49,125 nucleotides of DNA from Gemmatimonadota bacterium (GTDB lineage Bacteria; Gemmatimonadota; Gemmatimonadetes; JACCXV01; JAHWKZ01). A program made the translations under genes and the position numbers. Positions within the stretch are counted from its first letter, which is position 1. Every line of letters starts with the position of its first letter. Positions 33,061-43,067 of the stretch are shown here, one piece after another. The DNA lies in contig DATFFS010000033.1 of the NCBI GenBank assembly GCA_035249945.1, positions 1 through 49,125 on the forward strand. The letters run 5' to 3'. A model generated the notes under the pieces. It was given only the letters and a program-made list of their open reading frames with translations. It was not told the origin of the DNA and did no database searches.

Positions 33061-34080
33061 TCAGGAGGTTCTGACTCCGGACGTCACCTCGTCGATGACC
33101 GCGTTGGTGAATTCGGCAGTCGTGGCGTCGCCAGCGAGATCCGGCGTGCGCGCGTCCCCGCGGAGGACCACCCGTTCGACCGCCGACTGGACCCGTGCGC
33201 CGACCTCCGCCTGACCCACGTGCTCGCAGAGCAGCGCGCCGGCCTGGATGAGAGCGGCGGGGTTGGCGATCCCCTTGCTCGCGATGTCGGGCGCCGAGCC
33301 GTGGACGGCCTCGAACATCGCCGCGTCGGCCCCGATGTTGGAAGCAGGCGCCAGTCCCAACCCGCCGACGAGCCCCGCGCACAGGTCCGAGAGGATGTCG
33401 CCGAACATGTTCGTAGTGACGATCACGTCGAAGCGCGTAGGATCCAGCACCAGCTGCATCGCCATCGCGTCGATGATCCGCTCGTCGAACTCGACGTCCG
33501 GGTAGCGCCCGGCCAGCTCGCGCCCGACCTCGAGGAACAGCCCGCTCGTGAACTTGAGGATGTTCGCCTTGTGGACGAGCGTCAGCCGCCGGCGCGGACG
33601 GCTCCGCGCGAGGTCGAACGCGTAGGCGATGACTCGCTCCGACGCCTCGCGGGAAACGATCGTGATCGATTCGGCGAAGTGATGGCGCCGGTCGACGTAG
33701 TGCTCTATGCCGGCGTAGAGTCCCTCGGTGTTCTCGCGAACCATGACGAGGTCGACGTCTGCGTAGCGCCCGCCGAGGACCAGCGTCTTCGACGGCCGGA
33801 CGTTGGCGAAGAGGTCGAACTCCTTCCGCAGCGTCACGTTGACGCTGCGGAAGCCCGTGCCCACGGGGGTGGTCAGCGGTCCCTTGAGGGCGACCCGCGT
33901 CTTGCGGAACGACGCCAGCGTACTCTCGGGGAGGATCTCCTCCCCCGCCTCGAGGGCCGAGAGGCCCGCCAGGCGCTCCTCCCAAGCGATCTCCGCGCCG
34001 GCGGCCTCGAGTACCCGCAGGGCGGAATCGACCACTTCGGGCCCGATCCCGTCCCCTTTGATGAGGGTGACCGATTTCAC
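33061..34080 (-). CDS. isocitrate/isopropylmalate dehydrogenase family, NAD-IDH-like
   Basis: 339 aa. VTLIKGDGIGPEV...IAWEE...LKGPLTTP...NVTLRKEFDLFANVRP...TTNMFGDILSD... is the beta-decarboxylating dehydrogenase signature. Confidence 0.8.
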   Translation of the reverse strand: MKSVTLIKGDGIGPEVVDSALRVLEAAGAEIAWEERLAGLSALEAGEEILPESTLASFRKTRVALKGPLTTPVGTGFRSVNVTLRKEFDLFANVRPSKTLVLGGRYADVDLVMVRENTEGLYAGIEHYVDRRHHFAESITIVSREASERVIAYAFDLARSRPRRRLTLVHKANILKFTSGLFLEVGRELAGRYPDVEFDERIIDAMAMQLVLDPTRFDVIVTTNMFGDILSDLCAGLVGGLGLAPASNIGADAAMFEAVHGSAPDIASKGIANPAALIQAGALLCEHVGQAEVGARVQSAVERVVLRGDARTPDLAGDATTAEFTNAVIDEVTSGVRTS

Positions 34081-34106
34081 GGCGTGAATCTACCCGTGCC
34101 GACCCT

Positions 34107-34820
34107 TCATGGCCCGACGGCACCGAAGTCGTCGGTCCCCGTGCGGGCGAGCCGCTCCAGCCGCGCCGACAGCGTGGAAACCGCCGCGGCCACGGCGTCG
34201 TCGAGGGCGGCCGCGTAGACGTCGGCCGCCGCGCCTGAGGGGGCGTGCTCGTTGACGGCCCCGACGAAGGCGTGCCATAGGACCGTCGCAGAGACTCCGT
34301 CGACGAGCCAGGCGTCGAACGTGGCGCGCACCCGCAGCGGCTCGAGGCGCGTGATCGAGAGTGTCTTCGGCAGGAGGAAGTAGCGCTGTCCGGTCCGGTC
34401 CGTGACGCCGCGCCATCCGGCGGCGGGCCCGCCGAGGATCTCCCCGGCCGAGGAGCCATCGAGGAGCGCCGGCGTCAGCGGATCGTATAGCGCGCGCACT
34501 TCCTCGGCGGAGAGCGACCCCAGCGTGACGACGGCGACCACCGGGCGCACCGTGCGCCCCGCCGCGCCGCCGGTCTCGAGGCCGGTCGCGAGAGCTTCGC
34601 CGGCGCGAAGCGCGAGCGCCTGCGCGAGCGAGTCCGACGGCAGCGAGCCATCCGACTGCGCCACGGCCCCCACCGGCAGGACGACGACCGTTTCCCCCTC
34701 GAGCTGCCGCGCGCCGAACGACGGATGGAGCCACGAGCCGGCCGGTGGAGTGGCGGATCCCGCGCAGCCCGCGAGAACGAGCGCCACCGCGACTGCCGCC
34801 GCCGTTCCGGCTGCCTTCAC
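34107..34820 (-). CDS. hypothetical lipoprotein
   Basis: GTG start overlapping the upstream stop (GTGA). Lipobox AVALVLAGCAGS. No recognised domain. Confidence 0.5.
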   Translation of the reverse strand: MKAAGTAAAVAVALVLAGCAGSATPPAGSWLHPSFGARQLEGETVVVLPVGAVAQSDGSLPSDSLAQALALRAGEALATGLETGGAAGRTVRPVVAVVTLGSLSAEEVRALYDPLTPALLDGSSAGEILGGPAAGWRGVTDRTGQRYFLLPKTLSITRLEPLRVRATFDAWLVDGVSATVLWHAFVGAVNEHAPSGAAADVYAAALDDAVAAAVSTLSARLERLARTGTDDFGAVGP

Positions 34821-35584
34821 GCGTCGGTCCAGTTCGGCTCACGCTTCTCGCGGAAGGCTTCGATCCCTTCGAGCGCGTCGTGGGAGGCCATCAGCTCCCG
34901 CAGATAGATCCGCTCCGCGCGGTCGAGCGCCTCGTGGAAGTCGACGTCCACGCCCGCGTAGTAGGCCTTCTTCGCGAGCTTGAGCGCGATCCCGCTTCGG
35001 GACGCCAGCCGCTCGACGAACGAGGCGGCCTCGCCGGCGAACCCCTCCGCGGGCCAGACCTGGTTGACGAGGCCGATCCGCTGCGCCTCTCGGGCGTCGA
35101 CGCGCTCGCCGGTCAGCATGAGCTCGAGCGTCTTCTTGCCGTGGACGAAGTAGGGGAACGCCGCGGCGGTGACGGGCGGGAACAGCCCCAGCTGGATCTC
35201 GGGCTGACCGAAGGTCGCCTGCTCGGAGGCCAGAACGAGGTCGCAGAAAGCCGCCAGCTCGCACCCCCCACCCAGCGCGTGCCCCTGCACTTCGGCCACG
35301 GTGACGGGCTCGAAGTCGGCGAGCCGCCGGAAGAGTCCGTGGAAGGCGGCGATCATCGGTCCGACCTTCTCGCCGACATGGTCCTCGACGTCGACGCCCG
35401 CAGAGAACACGCGCCCCTCGGCGGCGATGACGAGCGCCCGCAGCGCCGGGCGCAGGGCCAGCCCGTCGACGGCGTCGCAGAGCTCTTTCAGCATGGGGAT
35501 GTTCAGCACGTTCAGCGGAGGTCGCGTGAGCACCAGCCGCGCGACCGAGTCGCCGCGGTTCTCGACGCGGATCGTCTCGTACAT
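34817..35584 (-). CDS. enoyl-CoA hydratase/isomerase family (divergent)
   Basis: 255 aa. Motifs: RPPLNVLN, FSAGVDV, VQGHALGGGCELAAFCDLVL, FREKREPNW. Confidence 0.8.
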   Translation of the reverse strand: MYETIRVENRGDSVARLVLTRPPLNVLNIPMLKELCDAVDGLALRPALRALVIAAEGRVFSAGVDVEDHVGEKVGPMIAAFHGLFRRLADFEPVTVAEVQGHALGGGCELAAFCDLVLASEQATFGQPEIQLGLFPPVTAAAFPYFVHGKKTLELMLTGERVDAREAQRIGLVNQVWPAEGFAGEAASFVERLASRSGIALKLAKKAYYAGVDVDFHEALDRAERIYLRELMASHDALEGIEAFREKREPNWTDA

Positions 35585-35642
35585 CCTCTGCCTCCGGGAA
35601 GTCGCGCGCGCACGATGCGACGCGCCCCCGCAAGCTAGCGAC

Positions 35643-37088
35643 CTACGGGCTCGGGGACAGCGAGCCGAGGCCGAACTCGAGGAAGGCGGCGATCGCCCCG
35701 AGGCCGCGCGGACGGCTGGGCGGCGTCGGCGCGGGAGGCAGGCTCGCCAGCAGGCGGTCGGGAGGCGCGAGGACGTCGGTCCCGTTCACCCACCGCCCGA
35801 AGAAGTGGCTCATGCTTCCCCTCGCCAGCGCGGCCGCGCGCTCGGCGATCTCCGCGTCCGTCCACCGGACGTGGCCCCAGGCGGTGCGCCGGTTCATGTC
35901 GCGCCACAGCGCGGCCAGGTCGATCTCGCCACCCGTCCGGAGCCGTAGCTCGCGGTCGAGCGCGAGCCCGACCAGCGCGCCCTTGCGGTAGCCGAGGTAC
36001 TCGTCGCTGGGGCCGAACGGCGGCGCCTCCCGCTGCTCGTCGGCGAACGTCCATTCCCCCATCCGGGGATGGGAGCGATACACCGCGTCAATCGAGGCGA
36101 GCATCGACGACAGCTCGGCGTCGTCGATCAGCCCGGCCTCGTTCGCCAGGCGGAGTCCCATGTAGTCGTTGACGCCCTCCTGGAACCACATCGGCGCGTC
36201 GAACCGCTGCCACTGATGGACCAGCTCGTGGGCGAGAAGCCGGATGGGTGGCGGGCTGCCGTCCGGCAAGAGATGGACGAAGCCGATCGCGCTGGGGCCG
36301 TTCCTGTTCCCGCTCGTCATCGGGAAGCGCGCCGGCACCAGCGTGACGGCGTAGCGATCGGAGCGGGGCGGACCGAGACGATACCGTGCGGCGCAGGCGA
36401 GCCGCGCCATGTCGCCCGCGATCCGGCCCGGGTCGAACGTCCACTCGCCGTACACCGCGATGTCGATGTCCAGGCCGCACGCGCTCGCTTCGTGGAGCTC
36501 GATGTCTCCGGCCAGGATGTTCGTCTTGAGGAGCTGCCGCGTGCCGTAGAAGACATCCTCCGACCACCCCGTGAATGAGCGCCAGTCGCGGGGCAGATCC
36601 CACTCGACCTGGACGCGGGCGTTGCGCGCGGCGAGGGTCGCCATCGAGGGGAGCAGGAATAGCGCCTCGGAGGGCGCGTACAGCATCTCGTCGTCGAGGC
36701 CGACGCTCCACGCGTTCAGCGGCCGGTGGCTGGTGATCGCCAGCCGGTATCGCACGCGGATCGGGCTCTCCCAGCCTTCCGCGGGCCGCGCGAACGCCCA
36801 CCGCGGCTGCCCGCCGGCGAGGCCCCACTGCCCGCGCTCGGCGCCCTCGACCTCGGGGTCCTTCCCGAGCAATCCGACGAGCGGCCGCGCGCTCGGCCGC
36901 GTCAGGACCAGCGTGTCGCCGCGGAAGCCGTGGATCTCGAGCTCCACGTCGACCACACCCTCCCCGGGGTCCGGCTCGACGCGGTAGGAGAGCTCGCAGC
37001 ACGGCACCTCGCCCGGGAGGGTCGTGGCCAGGACCGGCACGGCCGCCGCGAGCATCAAGGCCCGGAAAATGGATCTGCGAAGGCGCAT
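35643..37088 (-). CDS. secreted zinc metallopeptidase (HExxH; M61/M1-like)
   Basis: Run-on ORF 35643..38036 trimmed to ATG 37088 (MRLRRSIFRALMLAAAVPVLA signal peptide). HELVHQW zinc motif followed by FQEGVNDY. Confidence 0.6.
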   Translation of the reverse strand: MRLRRSIFRALMLAAAVPVLATTLPGEVPCCELSYRVEPDPGEGVVDVELEIHGFRGDTLVLTRPSARPLVGLLGKDPEVEGAERGQWGLAGGQPRWAFARPAEGWESPIRVRYRLAITSHRPLNAWSVGLDDEMLYAPSEALFLLPSMATLAARNARVQVEWDLPRDWRSFTGWSEDVFYGTRQLLKTNILAGDIELHEASACGLDIDIAVYGEWTFDPGRIAGDMARLACAARYRLGPPRSDRYAVTLVPARFPMTSGNRNGPSAIGFVHLLPDGSPPPIRLLAHELVHQWQRFDAPMWFQEGVNDYMGLRLANEAGLIDDAELSSMLASIDAVYRSHPRMGEWTFADEQREAPPFGPSDEYLGYRKGALVGLALDRELRLRTGGEIDLAALWRDMNRRTAWGHVRWTDAEIAERAAALARGSMSHFFGRWVNGTDVLAPPDRLLASLPPAPTPPSRPRGLGAIAAFLEFGLGSLSPSP

Positions 37089-37156
37089 TTCGATCTCTTG
37101 TACGCATGAGACGTGCCGATTGTTCGCGGAAGGCCGGGGAGGCCGGGCGGGACCGG

Positions 37157-38326
37157 TCAGCGACCGGGGATCGGCGCCGCGCCGATCAGGCCGGTGATCT
37201 CCTCGTCGGTGAGGATGTGGTCGGTACGCTTGGCGTGGTCGAAGATGCGATCTACGAGCGCGGGCTCGGCAGGATAGCCCCGCGACTCCAGCCACCACAC
37301 GACGTTCGACTTCCCCGACATGTGGCCGATCTCGATCCGCTGCTGGCGTCCCACCAGGCCGGCCGGAACTCCCGAATAGACCCGGTCCGCCAGCCAGGCG
37401 TCGCCCTTCTTCGCCGCCTTGATCACGGCCGCCGCGTGCACGCCGGTGCCGGTCCGGAACGCATCCTCGCCGATGACGGGATAGTTGGGGGGGAGCGGCA
37501 CGCCGGTCGACTCCGCCACGAGCCGGCAGTAGCGGGGCAGGGACGACAGGTCGCGATCGAGCCAGCCGAGGAGGACGAGGTTGAGGAGAAGCAGGTCCAT
37601 CTCCGTGTTCCCCACGCGCTCGCCGATCCCGAGTGCGGTGGCGTGGACCCGATCCGCGCCCGCCACCATCGCGGCCAGAGCGTTGGCGAGGCCGAAGCCG
37701 CGGTCGCGGTGGCCGTGCCAGTCGACCTTGACGTCGGCGCCGGTCTTCTCGACGAGTCGCTTCGCCCACCGCACGAGGTTCCGCGCGCCGTCCGGTGTCG
37801 CGTGGCCGACCGTATCGGCGAGGCAGATCCGGCTCGCGCCGGCCTCGATCGCGGTCGTGTAGAGCTTCTCGAGCGCCTCCGGCCGCGCGCGCGTTGTGTC
37901 CTCGGTGACGTACATGACCTTCGCGCCCCGCCCGACCGCGTACGAGACCGCCTCTTCGCTGGTCTTGCGAATCCAGTCGAGGTCCCACCCCTCCGCGTAT
38001 TGCCGGATCGGCGAGGATCCGATGAACGTGCAGCATTCGATCGCGATGCCTGTCTTCTGGCTGATCTCGACGACCGGATCGATGTCCGCCTGGAGGGTCC
38101 GTGCCGCGCAGTTGGCGCCGATGGACAGGCGCGCGTCGGCGATCTCCTGCGCCAGTCGAGTGACGTCGGCGGCCGCCCGCGGGCCGGCGCCCGGCAGGCC
38201 GATGTCGGCCGTGTGGATCCCCAGCCCGTCCATCAGGTGGAGGATCTCGATCTTCTGGTCGATGGAGGGATCGGTGACCGACGGCGACTGGAGCCCGTCG
38301 CGCAGCGTCTCGTCGTCGAACTCCAC
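37157..38326 (-). CDS. HMGL-like aldolase: 2-isopropylmalate/homocitrate/citramalate synthase-like (no LeuA regulatory domain)
   Basis: GTG start. Motifs: DETLRDGLQS, ICLADTVGHATP, HGHRDRGFGLANALAAMVAGADRVH, GIGERVGNT. Confidence 0.75.
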   Translation of the reverse strand: MEFDDETLRDGLQSPSVTDPSIDQKIEILHLMDGLGIHTADIGLPGAGPRAAADVTRLAQEIADARLSIGANCAARTLQADIDPVVEISQKTGIAIECCTFIGSSPIRQYAEGWDLDWIRKTSEEAVSYAVGRGAKVMYVTEDTTRARPEALEKLYTTAIEAGASRICLADTVGHATPDGARNLVRWAKRLVEKTGADVKVDWHGHRDRGFGLANALAAMVAGADRVHATALGIGERVGNTEMDLLLLNLVLLGWLDRDLSSLPRYCRLVAESTGVPLPPNYPVIGEDAFRTGTGVHAAAVIKAAKKGDAWLADRVYSGVPAGLVGRQQRIEIGHMSGKSNVVWWLESRGYPAEPALVDRIFDHAKRTDHILTDEEITGLIGAAPIPGR

Positions 38327-38518
38327 GGGCTGGGTGGGCTTTACGAGATCCCCCGCCTCGCGATTCCAGTCGTGAATGAGATCTTCGCTGCGCGGCTCGT
38401 CGCGGTCGGGATCTATCGGCGGCCTCCTCGCTGTGGCGGGTACAGCCGCTAAGCTAGCCGGCGCGCCCCCGGCAGCAACGCGAACCGGGCTTCGGCCGCG
38501 GCATTCGGTGGCGTCCGC

Positions 38519-39469
38519 TCAGCGCTGGTGCTCGAGCAACCAGCCGTACAGCTCGTCTTCCTTGTAGATGTGCGTGAGTTCCCCGTGGTCCACGCCCTGA
38601 TACACCGAGAACGTGACGTCTACGCCCGCCCGCTCGAGTTCCTCGGCCATGGCTTCCGCCCGTGCGAAGGGAGCGACCTCGTCTTCGGTGCCATGGTAGA
38701 TCCGGATCGGCAGGTCCGACAGCGCGGCGGTGATCTGGGGGCTCGGCTCCGGCGTCCAGGCCGCGGCCGGCGCGGCGGCGGCGAAGAGCTCGGGATGCGC
38801 GACCGCCTCCCGCCAGACGCCCCCCGCCCCCATGCTGTACCCGATCAGGTAGATACGCGTGCGGTCGACCGGATAGCGAGCGGCGATGTCACGGACGAGC
38901 GCGGTCAGGCGGTCGGTGTCCGTCCAGCTCTGGTCGCCGGGGAGCTGAGGCGCGACCACGATGAACGGGAAGCTCTCGTCGTCCTGAAGACGGTCCGGCA
39001 GCCCGTAGCGCGTGAGGAGCGAGAGATTGTCGCCGCGGAGCGAGCGACCGTGCAGGTAAACGATCAGCGGCCAGCTCCGGCTCTCGATTCCCTGGGGCAG
39101 GTAGAGCAGATACCCGTGGACGAGAGCCGGATCGGCGCCGGCGTCGAATTCGCGCGGCAGGAGTACGCCGGTCGAGTCGCTCGGCACGCCCGTCGCGAAC
39201 CCGATCGAAGGGGTCGACTCGCTCCCCGCCGCAACCTGTCCCCGATCGACGCTTCCTCGCGCGGTGGTGGACGAGCCCGCGGCGACGCGTGAGCCCTCGC
39301 CGGCCGGCCGCGACAGCGGCACCGCACTCGAGCCGGTCTCCGCGCGGTGCCATCCTTCGGGCTGAGCGGCTTCGCGCCCCTCGTGGCGTCGCTCGGCCCC
39401 CCCGCCGCAGCCCAGGAAGAGGACCACGAGAAGGACGCAGAACGGGAGCAGTCGGGTCAGCGGCTTCAC
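38519..39469 (-). CDS. alpha/beta-hydrolase lipoprotein (esterase/peptidase S9-like)
   Basis: Run-on ORF 38519..39835 trimmed to GTG 39469 (VKPLTRLLPFCVLLVVLFLGCGG lipobox). Nucleophile elbow GYSMG, then HGTEDEVAP and DHG. Confidence 0.65.
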   Translation of the reverse strand: MKPLTRLLPFCVLLVVLFLGCGGGAERRHEGREAAQPEGWHRAETGSSAVPLSRPAGEGSRVAAGSSTTARGSVDRGQVAAGSESTPSIGFATGVPSDSTGVLLPREFDAGADPALVHGYLLYLPQGIESRSWPLIVYLHGRSLRGDNLSLLTRYGLPDRLQDDESFPFIVVAPQLPGDQSWTDTDRLTALVRDIAARYPVDRTRIYLIGYSMGAGGVWREAVAHPELFAAAAPAAAWTPEPSPQITAALSDLPIRIYHGTEDEVAPFARAEAMAEELERAGVDVTFSVYQGVDHGELTHIYKEDELYGWLLEHQR

Positions 39470-39547
39470 GGCATCGGATACCCCCCGCCGGATTCGATGT
39501 TCGATTTCCGGTAGCCCGCGAACCGCCCTCCCTCTAGGCTCCGGCAC

Positions 39548-40513
39548 GTGGATCGCCCGGCCCAGGCCAGTCCCGTCGCGCTCGCCGTCGCCTACGCGCT
39601 CGTGTGCGTGGTGTGGGGCTCCACGTACCTGTTCATCAAGCTGGGCGTCGAGGTCATGCCGCCCTACCTGCTGGGGGGCGTGCGGTTCTCGATCGCGGGC
39701 CCGGTGCTCGTTGCGGCGTGTCTCGCGACCGGGCGCCGCATGCCGCGCGACCGCGCGACGTTCCTGCGCGTCGCGCTCGTCGGCGTCCTCCTCCTCGTGG
39801 TGGGCAACGGACTCCTCAACTTCAGCGAGATCCATCTCTCGTCCGGACTCGCCGCTCTTCTCGTGACCACGTTCCCGATCTGGAACACGCTCCTGGGGAT
39901 GACGGGCGAGAGGGGCGAGCGGCTGGCCCCGGCGGGATGGATCGGGACGGTCGTCGCGCTCGCGGGGGTCGCGATCCTCGTCAAGCCGTTCGAGTCCGGG
40001 GTGGAGTCCTCATGGATCGGCGTCGGCGCGGTGCTGCTGGCGTCGCTTTCGTGGTCGCTCGGCACAGTGTACGCGCGGCGACGGCTGCGGGGTGTCGACC
40101 CGGTCGCCGCCAGCGCGATCGAGACAGCCGTGGCCGGCCCGCTCATGATCGGCATCCACTTCCTGTTCGAGGGTGGCCAGCCGGTGGAATGGGGCGCCCA
40201 GGCGTGGCTGGCGGTCGGGTACCTCGCCCTCATGGGATCGCTCGTCGGATTCACCGCGTTCGCGTTCATTACCGCGCACATGTCGAGCTCGAAGGTCGGC
40301 ACGTACGCGTACGTGAATCCGGTCGTGGCCGTGCTGCTGGGCTGGGCGTTCCTCGACGAGGCCGTTACGGCGCGGCTGCTGCTCGGAGGGATCACGATCC
40401 TGGCAGGGCTTCTGCTGGTGTACTTCGCCCGTGTGCGGGAGTCGACTGCAGCGATCGCGACCGGGCAGACCTTGCCTGCTACAAGAGGACCGGGGTTCAT
40501 CGGACGGGGATGA
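39548..40513 (+). CDS. EamA/DMT-superfamily transporter
   Basis: GTG start. 321 aa with about 10 TM segments and two EamA-like halves (WGSTYLFIKLGV...). Confidence 0.8.
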   Translation: MDRPAQASPVALAVAYALVCVVWGSTYLFIKLGVEVMPPYLLGGVRFSIAGPVLVAACLATGRRMPRDRATFLRVALVGVLLLVVGNGLLNFSEIHLSSGLAALLVTTFPIWNTLLGMTGERGERLAPAGWIGTVVALAGVAILVKPFESGVESSWIGVGAVLLASLSWSLGTVYARRRLRGVDPVAASAIETAVAGPLMIGIHFLFEGGQPVEWGAQAWLAVGYLALMGSLVGFTAFAFITAHMSSSKVGTYAYVNPVVAVLLGWAFLDEAVTARLLLGGITILAGLLLVYFARVRESTAAIATGQTLPATRGPGFIGRG

Positions 40514-40598
40514 CGGAGCCGGCGTCCCTTCGCTCGGCTTTACACGATCCCATGTTCGTCGTACTGTCGAAGGGCCAGCCCCACCTGGAAGCGGTTCT

Positions 40599-41936
40599 AT
40601 GAGCGTTTCGCATCGAACAGTCCTCTGCACGTTCGCGCTCGCCCCGGCGTTTGCGTTCGTCACATGTACGTCCGACACGGGCCCCTCGTCACCCGAGCCG
40701 TCCGGAGACCCTCCCTCTGTCACGGTCGACTTCGATTTTGGTGAGGCCCCTTTGACTGGAACGTTGCGTCTCGTTCCAGCAGATCCCGGTGCGGACTGGC
40801 GGTACCGCGTCGAGACGATTCCTTCCGGTACCCTCGAGCGGGAGGGCTCGGCGGACGGGTTGGTGGCCATTCCCTATCGCTTCGAGGTTCCCGGCGTCCA
40901 TTTCGTCAGGGTCGAGCTGACCGGTCCCAAGGGTGACGTAGTCGTTCAGAAAGCGATCGTCGTCGTCGATCCGGAATCCGACTTCGAGATCCTGGCGCAG
41001 CGACCAATCGATGAAATCTGGCCGAATGGTGAGAACGAGTCTCCCGAAGGGATCGTAATGGATCCGGCTGGACGTTGGCTTTACGCCGCGCAGTACCGCT
41101 CCGGCGAGCTCGTCCGAATCGATCCCGTGACGCTCGAAGTCGTGGGGCGTGTGGTCCTCGGCCCGCAGCTCGAGGGTCTCGCCGTGGACCCCACCGGCGA
41201 TCGACTCTTCGGTATACACAAGAATGCGGGGTTGAGCGTAGTGGATCTCGCTTCGTTGACCACGCTCCATCTTGATGGCTTCAGTGGGTACTACGTCGAG
41301 CTCCTGGGTTCGTCCCAGGCACTGATTGGTGGAAACGGGCTATTGGGACGCGTGAACATCGATACCCGTCAGGTCGACTGGTCGCCTCTAGCGGCTGGCC
41401 ACTTCTCCGTCTTCCCCGACGGTGGTCGCTTCGTATCGCTTGTCTACTCCTCGTCGTCCGGGGTTCCGGAGTACATCTCGCTCGAGATCCTTTCTCTTCC
41501 TGGGCTTGATCCTCTCCTCTCCATCCGGCTGGAGGATCTTCTCGATGCTGTGCACGTCGCCGTCGATCCGACGGGTGATTTGATCTATGCGTTGGGTCAA
41601 GCGGAAACGGGAGTGCGCTTTCTGGCTTTCGATGCCACGACCGGCGAGGTGGTCACTGCCATGTCTGTCGCCGGGAGCCGCTGCGGCAGCTACTGCGTGG
41701 CGAATCCCGTCGTGACGTTCGCCTCTGGCCGGTACGTCGCGTTCGAGCGTGGTGGTGCGGTCATCGTGGTGGACACGGGACTGGATCTGCCGCGCTACCG
41801 GTTCAATCCCGGAGGGTATGACGAACGTGACGTCCTTACGCCCCCCGCTGGCGTCGCCGCCCACCCGGACTCCGACGTGCTTTACGTTCTAGGGCCCGCC
41901 GGGCGTCTGTTCAAGACTCGAATGCGGAATCCCTAG
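40599..41936 (+). CDS. beta-propeller (YVTN-like repeat) lipoprotein
   Basis: ORF 40431..41936 trimmed to ATG 40599 (MSVSHRTVLCTFALAPAFAFVTCTS lipobox). Repeated units such as P-x-G-[IV]-x-x-D-P-x-G-x-x-[LI]-Y-[AV] (PEGIVMDPAGRWLYAA, LEGLAVDPTGDRLFG, VHVAVDPTGDLIYAL). Confidence 0.6.
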   Translation: MSVSHRTVLCTFALAPAFAFVTCTSDTGPSSPEPSGDPPSVTVDFDFGEAPLTGTLRLVPADPGADWRYRVETIPSGTLEREGSADGLVAIPYRFEVPGVHFVRVELTGPKGDVVVQKAIVVVDPESDFEILAQRPIDEIWPNGENESPEGIVMDPAGRWLYAAQYRSGELVRIDPVTLEVVGRVVLGPQLEGLAVDPTGDRLFGIHKNAGLSVVDLASLTTLHLDGFSGYYVELLGSSQALIGGNGLLGRVNIDTRQVDWSPLAAGHFSVFPDGGRFVSLVYSSSSGVPEYISLEILSLPGLDPLLSIRLEDLLDAVHVAVDPTGDLIYALGQAETGVRFLAFDATTGEVVTAMSVAGSRCGSYCVANPVVTFASGRYVAFERGGAVIVVDTGLDLPRYRFNPGGYDERDVLTPPAGVAAHPDSDVLYVLGPAGRLFKTRMRNP

Positions 41937-41963
41937 AGCGGGAACAGCGCGCAGCCAGCCGCC

Positions 41964-43010
41964 CTAGCGAGCGATGCGGTAGGAGATCAGCTTGCCGGAC
42001 GAGTGGTCGCCGTCGAGGTAATCTCCGACGATCAGCAATCGTTCCCTGACCGAATCCCACGCGATCTCGCAACAGTACACCGTGCCCTCGCTCGAAGGAG
42101 TGTCCTCGATCAGGTCCAGGACCTCCCCGCTCCGCGCATCGGCCACCAGGATCCCCTGACGCCCGGGGGCGAAGATCAGGTCGTCCACGCGCACCCAAGG
42201 GTTTCCGTATCCGTATTCGGTCCACGGTACGGATCCGCTGGGCCGCGGAACCGATATCTGCCGGCTGTCGCCCGTGCGCCAATCGACGACCGATGCCGTG
42301 GGGAACTGGCCCTGGGAATCCTCCTCGCCGCTGAGGACGAGCGCCTTGTCCTCGTCGTCGAGCGGTACGACAGCCCAGCACCCCGAGGGGAGAGCTATCT
42401 CTCGCTCCAGGCTGAGATCGATCGGATCGAGAACCAGAAGCGGTCCATCGCCGTTGCCCGCCAGGAGCGCCTGGCCGTCGGCAAGAGCGAGACAGGCGCT
42501 ATCGCTGACGAGGCTGGGGTGAGTGCGGCTCGCCAGGATTTCACCCGTGACGTCATTGAAGCGGAGCACTCCTCCCGCCCCGGGGTCGATTCCATACAGC
42601 GTATTCGGCTGAAATCCTCGTACGAGCGTCCGCGGTGCGGCCGGGAATTGCGCGAGCTCCTCGAGCCTGGGAAGCGCCAGGGACAGTATCCCGTGCCTGC
42701 CGGCGACCCAGACTCGTGCGCCGCCGGGATCGACCGTCATTCCCCAGGGGTTGATCATTCCCGTAGACGCAACCGTTTCCAATGTCTCGGCATCGAGGAC
42801 GAGGATCTCGAATCCTATGTAGGTGGCGATCAGCACGAAGCGGCCGTCGGGGGTCACGGCTATTCCCTGGGGTCGTCCGGGGAGATTTCGCGTTGCCTCC
42901 ACGGTCAGGCGGACCGCGTCGCCGTCCGCTATGGGGCCCGTGACGGGCGAATCGGAGCATCCCAGGGAAAAGGCGAGAAGCAGGAGCGGGAGGGAAGTTC
43001 GTCTGGCCAT
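41964..43010 (-). CDS. beta-propeller (YVTN-like repeat) lipoprotein
   Basis: ATG 43010 (MARRTSLPLLLLAFSLGCS lipobox). Repeats include PQGIAVTPDGRFVLIA and PWGMTVDPGGARVWVA. Convergent with the preceding propeller gene. Confidence 0.6.
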   Translation of the reverse strand: MARRTSLPLLLLAFSLGCSDSPVTGPIADGDAVRLTVEATRNLPGRPQGIAVTPDGRFVLIATYIGFEILVLDAETLETVASTGMINPWGMTVDPGGARVWVAGRHGILSLALPRLEELAQFPAAPRTLVRGFQPNTLYGIDPGAGGVLRFNDVTGEILASRTHPSLVSDSACLALADGQALLAGNGDGPLLVLDPIDLSLEREIALPSGCWAVVPLDDEDKALVLSGEEDSQGQFPTASVVDWRTGDSRQISVPRPSGSVPWTEYGYGNPWVRVDDLIFAPGRQGILVADARSGEVLDLIEDTPSSEGTVYCCEIAWDSVRERLLIVGDYLDGDHSSGKLISYRIAR

Positions 43011-43067
43011 AGCTCCATCATACCACAAACCGACGGCGTCCCGACAAGAATCGATGTGCCGGGCAAT

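Noticed and set aside
31183-34218. Very long ORFs on the strand opposite to well-supported genes. Examples: 31183..34218+ (1011 aa), 20704..23181+ (825 aa), 1088..2749-, 6294..7544-, 6458..8008+ (except its last 128 codons), 14375..15700+, 14688..15833+, 16635..18254+, 23264..24808-, 24878..26017-, 28146..29549+, 29467..31002+, 30920..32527-, 33047..34459-, 37106..38452+, 42003..43643+, 44452..45828+, 44564..45754-, 45962..47431+, 47529..48422-.
   Set aside because: These are shadow ORFs typical of high-GC DNA. Their translations are dominated by Arg/Pro/Gly/Ala/Asp runs with no recognisable motif. Each lies antisense or out of frame to a gene with clear family signatures.
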